Below, one piece after another: positions 16,572-27,427 of a stretch of DNA of 64,000 nucleotides. The stretch covers positions 52,892 through 116,891 of the forward strand of contig JBBDJV010000010.1 of assembly GCA_040879725.1 (NCBI GenBank), in the 5' to 3' direction. Each line of letters begins with the position of its first letter. The stretch's first letter is position 1. The translations under genes were made by a program, and so were the position numbers. The notes under the pieces were generated by a model. It was given only the letters and a program-made list of their open reading frames with translations, did not search any database and was not told the origin of the DNA. This DNA is from Minisyncoccota bacterium (GTDB lineage: Bacteria; Patescibacteriota; Minisyncoccia; Phycocordibacterales; GCA-2401445).

Positions 16572-18326
16572 ATGATAGTAGAAGATGCGCAACTAAAAAA
16601 ATTTCTTGTTGATGCGAGCTTAGTAACAAGCGAGGCTTTTGACAGCGCTCAGAAAGAAGCAAAAGAGCAAAAAGTTCCTGTTTCTAAAATACTCCTGAAG
16701 CAGAACATGATTTCCGAGGATGATCTCGGGCGGGTACAGGCGTATCTTCTCGGTATTCCGTTTGTAAACCTCGTAAACCAAAAAATTGACTTTGAGATTC
16801 TCTCTCTTATTCCCGAGCCTATCGCGCGTAACCACAATATTGTCGCATTTTCGCAGAAAAATGATGTACTTGAAGTTGCTATGCTCGATACCGATGACCT
16901 TTCTGCTATAGATTTCGTAAAAAAGAAGGTAAAGCTAAAAATAGCTCCCCGCCTTACCGACCGGGAGTCGATGAAGCACGTGCTTCTGCAATACCAAAAG
17001 AGCCTCAAGGTTGAGTTCGGAGATATTATCCAAAAAGAATCTGCTCAACTGAAAGCGGTTCAGGATAGCGTGGATGGAGAGGGAATGAGTGAAAGTGATT
17101 TGAAGAAAATGGCAGAGGATTTGCCAGTTATGCGAATTGTCGACACTCTTTTGAAACACGCAATTATCCAAAACGCATCCGATATTCATATTGAGCCAAT
17201 GGAAGAACAAATGATAGTGCGATACCGAATTGACGGTATTCTGCATGATGCTATGACGCTTCCTAAAGCAGCGGCACCTGGTATTACCGCGCGTATTAAG
17301 GTGCTTTCAAACCTCAAACTTGATGAAAAGCGTCTTCCGCAAGACGGGCGATTCAAAATGGAGATGAACCGTGAGCGTGTATCATTCCGTGTTTCTATTT
17401 TACCTATCTATTTTGGAGAAAAGGTGGTTATGCGTTTGCTTCGTGACAATGCGGAAGGGTATTCGCTCGAAGCGCTTGGTTTTCACGGTACCTCCCTTGA
17501 GCATATCCATTCCGCTACAAATCAAAAAACCGGTTTAGTTCTCACTACCGGCCCTACCGGTTCCGGAAAAACAACAACGCTTTACACCGCGCTCGATATT
17601 TTGAATACTCCTGATGTAAACATTTCCACAGTTGAAGACCCTGTTGAGTATCAAATGAAGCGAGTAAACCAAACGCAAGTAAAACCTGAAATAGGATTTA
17701 CCTTTTCACAAGGATTGCGTTCTCTTCTCCGTCAGGACCCGGACATAATTATGGTTGGTGAAATTAGAGACGGCGAAACTTCCGCGCTTGCGGTAAATGC
17801 CGCACTTACCGGTCACTTGGTGCTCTCAACACTTCACACAAACTCAGCTGCGGGGGCAATTCCTCGTTTGATAGATATGAAAGTAGAACCGTTTCTTCTT
17901 GTTTCAACACTAAAGGTAATTATCGGACAGAGACTTATACGAAAGCTGTGTGAAGCGAAAGAAAAATATACTATGACTAAAGATGAGGTGGAGGTGCTCG
18001 GTAAAAGTGTTGATTTGGACAATGTACTCAGACACTTGAAAGAAGAAAAAATAGTAGCAAAGGGCGCGTCGTGGGAAGAAATACCATTTTTCAGACCTAA
18101 AGCCAGCGCAGACTGTCCCGATGGATACAAGGGACGAGTGGGAATTTATGAAGTACTGAAGATAACTCCGACAATTCGCGAGTTGGTTATGGCGGGAGCA
18201 ACGGCTGACAAGATTGAAGATCAGGCGAAAAAGGAAGGCATGATGACCATGATTGAAGATGGTATTTTCAAAGCGGTACAAGGTGAGACAACGGTCGAAG
18301 AGGTGCTTCGAGTAATCTCAGAATAG
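16572..18326 (+). CDS. pilB: Type IV pilus / T2SS assembly ATPase PilB/GspE
   Basis: ASDIHIEP, EKRLPQDGR, Walker A TGPTGSGKTTT, LRQDPDIIMVGEIRD, TGHLVLSTLHTN. Confidence 0.95.
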   Translation: MIVEDAQLKKFLVDASLVTSEAFDSAQKEAKEQKVPVSKILLKQNMISEDDLGRVQAYLLGIPFVNLVNQKIDFEILSLIPEPIARNHNIVAFSQKNDVLEVAMLDTDDLSAIDFVKKKVKLKIAPRLTDRESMKHVLLQYQKSLKVEFGDIIQKESAQLKAVQDSVDGEGMSESDLKKMAEDLPVMRIVDTLLKHAIIQNASDIHIEPMEEQMIVRYRIDGILHDAMTLPKAAAPGITARIKVLSNLKLDEKRLPQDGRFKMEMNRERVSFRVSILPIYFGEKVVMRLLRDNAEGYSLEALGFHGTSLEHIHSATNQKTGLVLTTGPTGSGKTTTLYTALDILNTPDVNISTVEDPVEYQMKRVNQTQVKPEIGFTFSQGLRSLLRQDPDIIMVGEIRDGETSALAVNAALTGHLVLSTLHTNSAAGAIPRLIDMKVEPFLLVSTLKVIIGQRLIRKLCEAKEKYTMTKDEVEVLGKSVDLDNVLRHLKEEKIVAKGASWEEIPFFRPKASADCPDGYKGRVGIYEVLKITPTIRELVMAGATADKIEDQAKKEGMMTMIEDGIFKAVQGETTVEEVLRVISE

Positions 18327-18327
18327 T

Positions 18328-19545
18328 ATGCAATTTCATTATAAAGCTATAAAAAAAAATGGCGAGCCGTACGAAGGTACGCTCGATGCCGAAGATAAAT
18401 TTGCTCTTGCTCGACAGCTTCGCTCTCAAGGTGAAATGCTTGTTTCCGCGTCCTCGGGGAAAAAGAAAATGTCTAAAAACTCATTTAAGGAGTGGGCAGA
18501 AAAAATAGGTACGGTAAGCATGGATGAAAAAATAAACTTTGCGCGAAACCTAAGCGCAATGCTTACTGCCGGACTTTCTCTCGGGCGAGCACTTTCTGTT
18601 CTTGAACGACAGGCGCACAACCCTCGGTTTAAGAAAGTACTTCGAGATGTACAAGATAGCGTGAACGAAGGAAAAGCTTTTAACGAGGCTCTTATTCAGT
18701 ATCCAAAAGTTTTCTCACCACTTTTTATTGCCATGGTACGCGCGGGAGAAGAAAGTGGAGGACTTTCAGACGCGCTTGGTGTTGTGGCTATTCAGATGCA
18801 CCGTGCGCACACATTGAAAAAGAAGATACGCGGAGCCATGACCTACCCTGCGATTATTGTCTGTGTCATGGTTGTCATTGCTATTTTAATGTTAATTTTC
18901 ATAGTGCCGACACTTACCGAAACATTTCGTGAGGTTGATGTTGAGCTACCTGCGACAACACAGTTGGTTATCTTTATAAGTGACCTTTTCAAAGACCATC
19001 TCATACTCATGGTAGTGGGTATGCTTGCTTTTGTAGGAGGGATGATTGGGCTGTATAAAAAACCTAAAACACGTCGTGGCTTTGAGTTTGTATTTCTCCA
19101 CTTCCCACTTATCGGAACGCTTGTGAGAGAAACAAATGCGGCACGAACCGCACGAACGCTTTCTTCGCTCCTTTCTTCGGGAGTAGATGTGGTGCAAGCA
19201 ATGTCAATCACAAAAGATGTGGTGCAAAATAGTTATTTTAAAGATGTTTTAGGACAAGCTGAAGAAGCTATTCCAAAAGGTGTGACGATGTCATCAGTGT
19301 TTATAGAACACGAAGAACTTTTCCCTGTTTTAGTGGGGGAGATGATGAGTGTGGGAGAAGAGACCGGAAAACTTTCTGAAATGTTAACCAACCTTGCGTC
19401 ATTCTACGAGGAAGAGGTGGATAGAAAAACAAAAGATATGTCCACAATCATTGAGCCTTTTCTTATGGTCTTTATCGGAGCGGCTGTCGGCTTCTTTGCG
19501 CTTGCAATGATTTCTCCTATTTACTCACTTACCGATGCAATATAA
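18328..19545 (+). CDS. pilC: Type IV pilus platform protein PilC/GspF
   Basis: AGEESGGL, AMTYP, VGEETGKL, IIEP motifs; three TM helices. Confidence 0.95.
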   Translation: MQFHYKAIKKNGEPYEGTLDAEDKFALARQLRSQGEMLVSASSGKKKMSKNSFKEWAEKIGTVSMDEKINFARNLSAMLTAGLSLGRALSVLERQAHNPRFKKVLRDVQDSVNEGKAFNEALIQYPKVFSPLFIAMVRAGEESGGLSDALGVVAIQMHRAHTLKKKIRGAMTYPAIIVCVMVVIAILMLIFIVPTLTETFREVDVELPATTQLVIFISDLFKDHLILMVVGMLAFVGGMIGLYKKPKTRRGFEFVFLHFPLIGTLVRETNAARTARTLSSLLSSGVDVVQAMSITKDVVQNSYFKDVLGQAEEAIPKGVTMSSVFIEHEELFPVLVGEMMSVGEETGKLSEMLTNLASFYEEEVDRKTKDMSTIIEPFLMVFIGAAVGFFALAMISPIYSLTDAI

Positions 19546-21331
19546 CAATAAACAAAAAAAGAGAGGATTTACATTGGTAGAAATGGTGATCACGATTGCT
19601 GTTTTTTCTATAGTATCTATCACAGTTTACGCTTCGTACGTAAATATTCTTGAGGTAGTTACACTTACCCGACAGCGAACAGTCGCACTTGCACTAGTAA
19701 ATGAGCAAATTGAAAGTATTCGAAATTTGCCGTATTCAGATGTCGGTGTGCCGCTCGGTATCCCTGATGGTGTGGTTCCGCATAAGCAGGTTCTTGAGAG
19801 AAATGGAACAATGTATCACGCAACAACAACCATACGAAATGTTGATGATCCGTTTGATGGGGTAATCGGCGGAACACCGGATGATTTGTCACCTGCAGAC
19901 TATAAACTGATTGAAATTGAAATTGGTTGCCCACAATGTAAAGGATTTACACCCATTTTCCTTACTTCACGGGCGGCACCAAAAGGGCTTGAAACAAATT
20001 CAAGTAATGGAGCTCTTTTCGTGAGAGTGTTTGACGGAAGCGGTGTTCCAATACAAGGAGCAAATGTTCACATAGAAAATAATGCCGGCAGCCCAATAGT
20101 TGTTGACGACGTCACTGATTCAAATGGCGCGTACCAGCTAGTTGATGCTCCTCCTGGTTCAGAGGTTTGGGAAATTAGTGTTTCAAAAGGAGGGTATACC
20201 TCTGATAGAACGTACGAACCTGATTCGCCTGAAAATCCCGATCCGATTAAACCTCATGCTACGGTTGTGGTGCAAAGTGTTACGCAAGTAAGCTTTGTTA
20301 TCGATGAAGAGAGTATTGTTGAACTTTCAACAGTTAATAATGTATGTTCCCCAATTTCGTATGTTGACTTTAGCATGGAGGGAACGAAACTTGTAGGTAA
20401 TCCAGATGTATTTAAATTCTCAACCACTTCATCGACAGATAGTTCCGGACAGAAAATGTATGATGGTTTGGACTGGGATACGTATAGCTTTGAGATTACT
20501 GATGCGGGGTATGATTTAGTTGGATCAAGTCCTGTGTTGCCGGTTGAGCTTAATCCTGGATCAACGCAAAATGTTCAACTTATTCTTGAGCCAAGCGATC
20601 CACAAAGACTCTTGGTAACGGTAAAAGATGGAGCGACAGGACTACCTCTTACAGATGTTGAGGTAGAACTTACGGATGGAGCCTCTTATACTGAGTCATT
20701 TACCACAGGACAAGGCTTTATACGACAAACTGATTGGTCTGGGGGCCCGGGACAGAGTGATTTTGTAGATCCGACAATGTACGCAACTACAGATGGCAGA
20801 GTGGATACTGATGCGCCAGTTGGAGAAATGAAGCTCGATCAATTTCTTGGCGCATATGAGACAAGTGGATTTCTTGTATCTTCTACCTTTGATACGGGAG
20901 GGCCGACTAATTTCTATAATTTGCTATGGACACCATTGTCCCAGCCACCAGGTACTGGAGCTGACTCGGTAAAATTTCAGGTTGCATCAAATAATGACAA
21001 TGCAACGTGGAATTTCCTTGGTCCTGATGGCGCGAGCACAACTTTTTATACGGTAAGTGATGCAAATATTCACTCACTCCACGATAGTGACCAGTATTTT
21101 AGATACAAAGCATATTTAAGTACCGCAAGTACGACACTCACTCCAAACGTTTCAGATGTATTCTTTACCTTTACTTCTGCATGTACGCCTCCAGGACAGG
21201 TGAGCTTTGGAGGACTTTTAGATGGAGTGTATACGATTACCGCGTCTCGTCCGGGATATCAAACGTGGGACGAGGAAATAACAATAGACAGCTCATGGAT
21301 GAACTACACTATTAACCTTATGCCAAACTAG
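19535..21331 (+). CDS. Large pilin-like protein with carboxypeptidase-regulatory-like beta domains
   Basis: Prepilin site KKRG/FTLVE; IESIRNLPY; P(I/L)QGA.V and YTITASRPGYQT modules. Confidence 0.88.
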   Translation: MQYNNKQKKRGFTLVEMVITIAVFSIVSITVYASYVNILEVVTLTRQRTVALALVNEQIESIRNLPYSDVGVPLGIPDGVVPHKQVLERNGTMYHATTTIRNVDDPFDGVIGGTPDDLSPADYKLIEIEIGCPQCKGFTPIFLTSRAAPKGLETNSSNGALFVRVFDGSGVPIQGANVHIENNAGSPIVVDDVTDSNGAYQLVDAPPGSEVWEISVSKGGYTSDRTYEPDSPENPDPIKPHATVVVQSVTQVSFVIDEESIVELSTVNNVCSPISYVDFSMEGTKLVGNPDVFKFSTTSSTDSSGQKMYDGLDWDTYSFEITDAGYDLVGSSPVLPVELNPGSTQNVQLILEPSDPQRLLVTVKDGATGLPLTDVEVELTDGASYTESFTTGQGFIRQTDWSGGPGQSDFVDPTMYATTDGRVDTDAPVGEMKLDQFLGAYETSGFLVSSTFDTGGPTNFYNLLWTPLSQPPGTGADSVKFQVASNNDNATWNFLGPDGASTTFYTVSDANIHSLHDSDQYFRYKAYLSTASTTLTPNVSDVFFTFTSACTPPGQVSFGGLLDGVYTITASRPGYQTWDEEITIDSSWMNYTINLMPN

Positions 21332-21332
21332 T

Positions 21333-21953
21333 ATGCGAAACTATATATACCAGAAAGGAGTGACGCTCGTTGAAATGCTCGTTGTAGTTGCCATTATTGG
21401 TTTGCTCGCAGGTGTTGTGAGTGCTTTCCAAACAGATATATTTTCATTTCAGCGTCTTTTCTCCAATAATTTAGATTTACAAAGAGACGGCTTATTTTTC
21501 TTAAAAAAGTTTACCTCTGAAATTCGTTCTGTTGTTCCTTCCGAAACGGGAACGTATGCATTTGGAACGGTAGGAACTAGCACCCTTTTATTCTACGTTG
21601 ATGAAGACCATGACGGAGTTTCGGAAAGAATACGATACTACCTTGAAGACGAAGTGTTGTATCGCGCAAAACTCGTACCTACAGGGAGTCCACTTTCGTA
21701 TACTGGCACGGAAACGGTCACTGAAGTAATTTCTCATGTAAAAAACGCAACATCAACTCCAACTCCGATATTTACTTACTACGACCAAGCATATACCGGC
21801 ATAGGTGGTACCCCTCTCGCGCAACCCGTGACGGCATCTGATGTGCGTTTGGTAAAGGTGACACTATTTCTCGATGCTGATACATCTGACGCACAACCCG
21901 AAATTACACTTACCACTCACGTGATGGCTCGTAATTTGAAAGATAATTTATGA
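21333..21953 (+). CDS. Minor pilin (PilW/GspJ-like)
   Basis: Prepilin site QKG/VTLVE; EIRS; DEDHDGVSERIRYYL; C-terminal V.ARN. Confidence 0.85.
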   Translation: MRNYIYQKGVTLVEMLVVVAIIGLLAGVVSAFQTDIFSFQRLFSNNLDLQRDGLFFLKKFTSEIRSVVPSETGTYAFGTVGTSTLLFYVDEDHDGVSERIRYYLEDEVLYRAKLVPTGSPLSYTGTETVTEVISHVKNATSTPTPIFTYYDQAYTGIGGTPLAQPVTASDVRLVKVTLFLDADTSDAQPEITLTTHVMARNLKDNL

Positions 21954-23365
21954 GAAAACAACCGACACAACAAGGGCTTATTTTGCTAAACATCATCGTA
22001 TTCGGATCAATTGCGGTTATGCTTATTACTGCACTGGTTGTTACCGCTGTTTCAACCATTAATGTTGCGAGAAATGTCGCAAATCAAGAACAGGCTTTCC
22101 AGATTGCCGAGGCAGGCATTGAATACTATCGGTGGCACTTGGCTCACGCCCCGACTGATTACACTGATGGCACAGGAAGTCCGGGACCATACGTGCATGA
22201 GTACTTCGATAGACAAAATAATAAAATTGGGGAATTTGCGCTTACTATAGAACCTCCACCAATCGGCTCAACTATAGTTACGATAACTGCAACGGGTACG
22301 GTGGTTGCTGATTCAAATATATCTCGAGCAATACGGACTCACCTTGCTATTCCATCTCTAGCTCGATTCGCGGTTGCCGCAAACAGTGATATGCGTTTCG
22401 GAGAAGGTACGGTTGTGTTTGGACCAATACACTCAAATGGAGGAATTCGCTTTGATGGACTAGCACACAACGTCGTATCGAGCGCGGTAGAAGATTACAA
22501 TGATCCGGATCATTCAGGAGGAAATGAATTTGGAGTACATACACACGTTTCACCTACTGACCCACTTCCTCCTGCCACTGTCCCTCTTCGACCTGATGTA
22601 TTTGAGGCTGGAAGACAGTTTCCGATACCGGCGGTTGACTTTGTTGGTATATCTACCGACCTAGCAAGTATAAAATCAAATGCGCAGTCTGACGGGTATT
22701 ACTACGCTAATTCCGGAGCACTCGGATATAGAATTGTTTTGCGTACCGACGACACATTTGATATTTATCGGGTGAATAATGTGGTGAATTCTCCTGGAGG
22801 ATGTAGTAGTTCTCAGACCGGGTGGGGTACATGGAGTGTAAATTCACAAACATTTCTTTCGAATAATCCACTTCCCGCGAACGGTCTTATTTTCGTGGAG
22901 GATCATGTATGGGTTGAAGGTCAGATTGATGGTGCGCGCATTACCATTGCTTCAGGGCGCTTCCCGGACAATCCTTCAACGAGGACAAATATTACCGTGA
23001 ATAATGATTTACTCTACACTAACTATGACGGCAGTGACGTCATAGGACTTATTTCGCAGAATAACTTCAATATTGGTATGGTAAGTCAAAATAGCTTACG
23101 CATAGATGCCGCGATTATCGCGCAGAACGGACGAGTAGGAAGACACCACTATTCAAATAAATGTAATCCCTATCACCAAAGAGATGAAGTAACCCTATAT
23201 GGAATGATTGCAACAAGCCTTCGATACGGCTTTGCGTATACTGATGATACTGGATACGCTGATAGGTACTTAAATTACGACGCGAATCTCCTCTATGGGC
23301 CACCACCAAGCTTTCCTTTAACCAGTGACCAGTATGTCACCATATCGTGGGAAGAGGTGAAATAG
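21950..23365 (+). CDS. PilX/GspK-like minor pilin
   Basis: QQG/LILL without Glu5; QAFQIAEAGIE PilX N-terminal motif; GPIHSNGGI; C-terminal YDANL..PPP.FP..ISWEE. Confidence 0.85.
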   Translation: MRKQPTQQGLILLNIIVFGSIAVMLITALVVTAVSTINVARNVANQEQAFQIAEAGIEYYRWHLAHAPTDYTDGTGSPGPYVHEYFDRQNNKIGEFALTIEPPPIGSTIVTITATGTVVADSNISRAIRTHLAIPSLARFAVAANSDMRFGEGTVVFGPIHSNGGIRFDGLAHNVVSSAVEDYNDPDHSGGNEFGVHTHVSPTDPLPPATVPLRPDVFEAGRQFPIPAVDFVGISTDLASIKSNAQSDGYYYANSGALGYRIVLRTDDTFDIYRVNNVVNSPGGCSSSQTGWGTWSVNSQTFLSNNPLPANGLIFVEDHVWVEGQIDGARITIASGRFPDNPSTRTNITVNNDLLYTNYDGSDVIGLISQNNFNIGMVSQNSLRIDAAIIAQNGRVGRHHYSNKCNPYHQRDEVTLYGMIATSLRYGFAYTDDTGYADRYLNYDANLLYGPPPSFPLTSDQYVTISWEEVK

Positions 23366-23405
23366 CCTAATTTTCCAAGTATCCTCGGCGTGGTACAATG
23401 CATGC

Positions 23406-24191
23406 ATGACAGAACAAAAACGTATGTATATCGTAGCAAACTGGAAATTAAATCCGGCATCTCTTTCTGATGCAAAAACACTTTTGTCCGGAACAAAAGA
23501 AGTGGCTAAAAAAGCAAAGGGAGTTACCGCAATTGTGTGTCCTCCATCACTTTTTATCTCACCTTTGCGTGAATTGTACCGAAAGAGTACAACTTTTTTT
23601 ATTGGGGCTCAAAATATGTATGCGGAAGATACCGGTGCGTTTACGGGAGAAATTAGCATACCGATGCTAAAGAGTGTGTCAGTAAATCATGTAATAATCG
23701 GTCATTCTGAGCGAAGAGGCATGGGAGAAACTGATGAAGATGTAGCAAAAAAGGTATCACGCGCGGTTAATGCCGGATTTACGGTTATTTTATGTATTGG
23801 AGAGTGGGAGCGTGATGAACAAGGTTCTTACTTGGGTGTTGTGGAGCAGCAAATTAAAACAGCGCTTTCAAAAGTAACATATACTGGCTTGTCACAGGTA
23901 TTGCTCGCGTACGAACCGGTATGGGCGATAGGAAAGGGTTCCGGCTCAGCACTTGATGCTCACGGAGTTCATCAAATGGTTTTGTACATTAGAAAAGTTT
24001 TAAAAGATATGTATAAAAAGAATTCAGTACTTTCTACCCCAGTACTTTACGGCGGTTCGGTTGACGCAGAAAATGCGGAAGCTCTTATGCGTGAAGGAGA
24101 GGTGTCAGGCTTGCTCGTAGGAGGAAAAAGTCTGTCAGTAAAAAGTTTCGGAGACATTCTATTAGCAGCATCAAAAGTTACTACATCATAA
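23406..24191 (+). CDS. tpiA: Triosephosphate isomerase
   Basis: ANWKLN, GAFTGEIS, IGHSERR, AYEPVWAIG, LYGGSV. Confidence 0.97.
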   Translation: MTEQKRMYIVANWKLNPASLSDAKTLLSGTKEVAKKAKGVTAIVCPPSLFISPLRELYRKSTTFFIGAQNMYAEDTGAFTGEISIPMLKSVSVNHVIIGHSERRGMGETDEDVAKKVSRAVNAGFTVILCIGEWERDEQGSYLGVVEQQIKTALSKVTYTGLSQVLLAYEPVWAIGKGSGSALDAHGVHQMVLYIRKVLKDMYKKNSVLSTPVLYGGSVDAENAEALMREGEVSGLLVGGKSLSVKSFGDILLAASKVTTS

Positions 24192-25315
24192 TGCCTACAC
24201 ACATAAAAGACGTCGAGGATATTCGCGGAAAACGAGTACTACTCCGTGCGGATTTCAATGTTCCTATCAATAATGGAGAAATAAGAGATGACTACCGTAT
24301 TGAGAGCACACTCGAAACTATTGAATATTTGGTTTCTAAAGGCGCGCGGGTACTTATTATCAGTCATCTGGGAAGAAAAGGAAGTGAGACGCTTTTGCCT
24401 GTTGCGACATATTTAGAAAAAAAGTTCTCGATTACTTTTTGCCCGGAACATTTCGGAGAGCAAGCGCAGAGTTTGGTAGACAACATACAAGAAGGCGAAG
24501 TTGTGTTGTTTGAAAATATTAGGAGTGATGAAAGGGAAAAAGAAGGGAACGAGGCATTTGCAAAACAGTGGGCAGAATATGCGGATATGTATGTAAACGA
24601 CGCGTTTGCTGTTTCTCATCGCGCGCATGCTTCTGTTGTTGCGATTACGGAGTTTCTTCCTTCTTATATGGGATTTCAGTTGGCAAAAGAGATTGAAAAT
24701 CTTTCAAAAGTTTTCAAGCCCAAAAAACCGTTTGTGTTTCTGTTGGGTGGTGCAAAAACCGAAACAAAGCTTCCTCTGATAGAAAAGTTTATGCCAACGG
24801 CGGATACTATTTTTGCGGGAGGAGTAATGGCAAATGATTTATGTCTTGCTGAAGGAATGAGGGTGGGTGATGAATCAGCATATTCGGAAGGAACATTTGA
24901 TTTCTCTCGTGTACTTTCTGCACAAAATGTAATCAGACCACTTGATTTACAGATCAAGAGAGGAGAAGAGCTTTTGTTCGCACACCCAAAAGATATTTTG
25001 CCAAGCGATAAGGTGGTTGATTCTGCTGGTCCAGAAACACTTTCAGTACTTAAAGAAAAAATTATGCAGGCGGAGATGGTGTTGTGGAACGGACCGCTCG
25101 GAAGCTATGAGTCTGGATACAAAGAGGCGACACTTAAACTCGCAAAGCTTGTGGGACAAAGTAACGCAATTTCCATTGTTGGTGGAGGAGATACGGTAGC
25201 TGCGATTAAAGAACTAAATCTTTTCGATTCATTAACCTTTGTTTCTACTGGAGGAGGTGCAATGTTGGAATATCTCGCAAACGAATCCCTTCCGGGCATT
25301 GAAGCACTTTCTTAA
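24191..25315 (+). CDS. pgk: Phosphoglycerate kinase
   Basis: RADFNVP, SHLGR, NDAFAVSHRAHAS, WNGPLG, GGGDT, STGGGAMLE. Confidence 0.97.
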   Translation: MPTHIKDVEDIRGKRVLLRADFNVPINNGEIRDDYRIESTLETIEYLVSKGARVLIISHLGRKGSETLLPVATYLEKKFSITFCPEHFGEQAQSLVDNIQEGEVVLFENIRSDEREKEGNEAFAKQWAEYADMYVNDAFAVSHRAHASVVAITEFLPSYMGFQLAKEIENLSKVFKPKKPFVFLLGGAKTETKLPLIEKFMPTADTIFAGGVMANDLCLAEGMRVGDESAYSEGTFDFSRVLSAQNVIRPLDLQIKRGEELLFAHPKDILPSDKVVDSAGPETLSVLKEKIMQAEMVLWNGPLGSYESGYKEATLKLAKLVGQSNAISIVGGGDTVAAIKELNLFDSLTFVSTGGGAMLEYLANESLPGIEALS

Positions 25316-25725
25316 TTAAGTATTTCGCTAATTTTTGTTTTGATAGAAAGAGTTTCTTCTTCTGAAAAACTTTGTTTTGCTTTCCAGTGAGTGTATCCAT
25401 CATTTTCGAATCGGGGAATGATGTGTACGTGTGCGTGGAATATAACTTGCCCAGCCGCGCTTTCATTATTCATACTTATATTTATTCCGTCCGCGCCAGA
25501 GGCCTCTTTAACGGCGAGAGCAATAGTATGAACACGGGTCATAAGTAGCCCAAATTCTTTAGCGGGCATATCAAAGATATTTCTATAGAATGTCTTTGGA
25601 ATAACAAGCGTGTGCCCGAGATTTATAGGGCTTTTATCGAGAAAAGCCATAACACTTTCGTCCTCAAAGACAATTTCAGCGGGTAGCTCTTTGCTGATAA
25701 TTTTTGAAAATATGGTTTCAGTCAT
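25312..25725 (-). CDS. HIT family protein
   Basis: GHTLVIPK, AGQVIFHAHVHIIPR histidine triad. Confidence 0.95.
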   Translation of the reverse strand: MTETIFSKIISKELPAEIVFEDESVMAFLDKSPINLGHTLVIPKTFYRNIFDMPAKEFGLLMTRVHTIALAVKEASGADGINISMNNESAAGQVIFHAHVHIIPRFENDGYTHWKAKQSFSEEETLSIKTKISEILN

Positions 25726-25756
25726 ACCTTTTAGTATATGCTAAAATGGTGTGTAT

Positions 25757-27427
25757 ATGAAATATCGAGTAAGGGAAGCCGTACCGAGTGATATTGAAAA
25801 AGAGTTCGAAGAATACTCAGATATTGTTAGAAAATTGCTGTACTATCGAGGAATTACAACAAAGAAAGAAGCGGAAGCGTTTCTTAATCCTGATTATGAA
25901 AAACAAACACATTCCTTTTCGCTTCTTTTTGGTGTTAAAGAAGCTGTAGAAAGAATAGAAAAAGCGATTGAGAAAGAGGAGGTTATTGCTATTTATAGCG
26001 ACTATGATGCAGATGGGGTGCCGGGGAGTGTTATCTTGTCAGACTTCTTTGAGAAAATCGGATATAAAAACATAGTGCTGTATATTCCACATCGAAATGA
26101 TGAGGGGTTTGGTTTGAATAAGGAAGCTTTGGCAGAGCTTTCAAGCAAGTCCGTTTCGCTTGTTATTACTATTGATTGTGGAATAGCGGATGTTGTCGAA
26201 GTAGCTTACGCAAAAGAGCTTGGCATGGAGGTGATAATCACCGATCACCATCTTCCAGGAGAAGAACTTCCCGATGCTACTGCGATAGTAAATCCAAAAC
26301 ATGCATCGTGTAGGTATCCGGACGATTTGCTTTGTGGTTCAGGGGTTATTTTCAAACTCGTACAAGCACTTGTCGCGACAAAGAAGTGGGATATTCCGGA
26401 AGGGTGGGATAAGTGGTTGCTCGATATGGTGGGTATTGCGACTCTTTCAGACATGGTTCCTCTTCGAGGGGAAAACAGAGTGCTTGCCTACTATGGGTTA
26501 CTGGTACTGAGGAAAACTCGTCGGTTGGGACTAAAGTGTTTACTGCAAAAAAATAGAATAAATCAGTACACACTAACAGAAGAAGATGTTGGTTTTACTA
26601 TTTCACCAAGAATTAATGCTGCGTCACGAATGGGACACCCCATGGATGCGTTTAACATGCTCTCCGCGAAAAACTCTGCTGATGCGGAAACTTCCGTATT
26701 GCACCTTGAGCGAATAAATAGAGAGCGAAAAAAGACCGTTGCACTCATGGTTCGCGAAGCGCATAAGCATTTAAGTGCGCGAGAAGTTGGCAGTGTTATT
26801 GTTATTGGTAACCCTCACTGGAAACCTTCACTAGCTGGGTTACTTGCTAATAAACTTGCGACAGAGTATGGCAGGCCGGCATTTGTATGGGGTCGAGGAG
26901 GAGAAAAAATAAAAGGGTCGTGTCGTACGGGAAATGGTTCCAATATTTTCGAGTTGATGTCTCGAGTTCGTCCCGGAATATTCTCTGGCTTCGGAGGGCA
27001 CGCTCAGTCTGGAGGGTTTGTGCTTACTGATGAAGGGGTTCATTCTTTTGAAGAGGCACTGTGTGAAGCGTATGAAGAACCAGAGGAAACCACTTCCTAT
27101 TTTGCAGATGCATACCTTGATCCGGACATGGTAACAGCTGAGCTGTATAACCAAATTTCAAAACTGTCACCTTTTGGGCAAGGAAATCCAAAGCCGTTAT
27201 TTATGTTTGAAAATGTACGTATTGATGCAGTGAAGTATTTTGGGAAGAGTGGCGAACATACAGAATTACACATAACACGCAAGGAAAGACCTCTTAAAGC
27301 AATAGCTTTTTTTAAAAACAATTTCTCGGTTCAAGCAGGTAGTACGTGTACGCTCTTGGCAGAAGTTGAGAAGAATACATTCGGAAGGTATCCGGAGATA
27401 CGTCTGCGTATAGTTGACGTAGTATAA
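25757..27427 (+). CDS. recJ: ssDNA-specific exonuclease RecJ
   Basis: DYDADG, ITIDCG, TDHH, PRINAASR, GGHAQSGG, PFGQGNPKP. Confidence 0.95.
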   Translation: MKYRVREAVPSDIEKEFEEYSDIVRKLLYYRGITTKKEAEAFLNPDYEKQTHSFSLLFGVKEAVERIEKAIEKEEVIAIYSDYDADGVPGSVILSDFFEKIGYKNIVLYIPHRNDEGFGLNKEALAELSSKSVSLVITIDCGIADVVEVAYAKELGMEVIITDHHLPGEELPDATAIVNPKHASCRYPDDLLCGSGVIFKLVQALVATKKWDIPEGWDKWLLDMVGIATLSDMVPLRGENRVLAYYGLLVLRKTRRLGLKCLLQKNRINQYTLTEEDVGFTISPRINAASRMGHPMDAFNMLSAKNSADAETSVLHLERINRERKKTVALMVREAHKHLSAREVGSVIVIGNPHWKPSLAGLLANKLATEYGRPAFVWGRGGEKIKGSCRTGNGSNIFELMSRVRPGIFSGFGGHAQSGGFVLTDEGVHSFEEALCEAYEEPEETTSYFADAYLDPDMVTAELYNQISKLSPFGQGNPKPLFMFENVRIDAVKYFGKSGEHTELHITRKERPLKAIAFFKNNFSVQAGSTCTLLAEVEKNTFGRYPEIRLRIVDVV

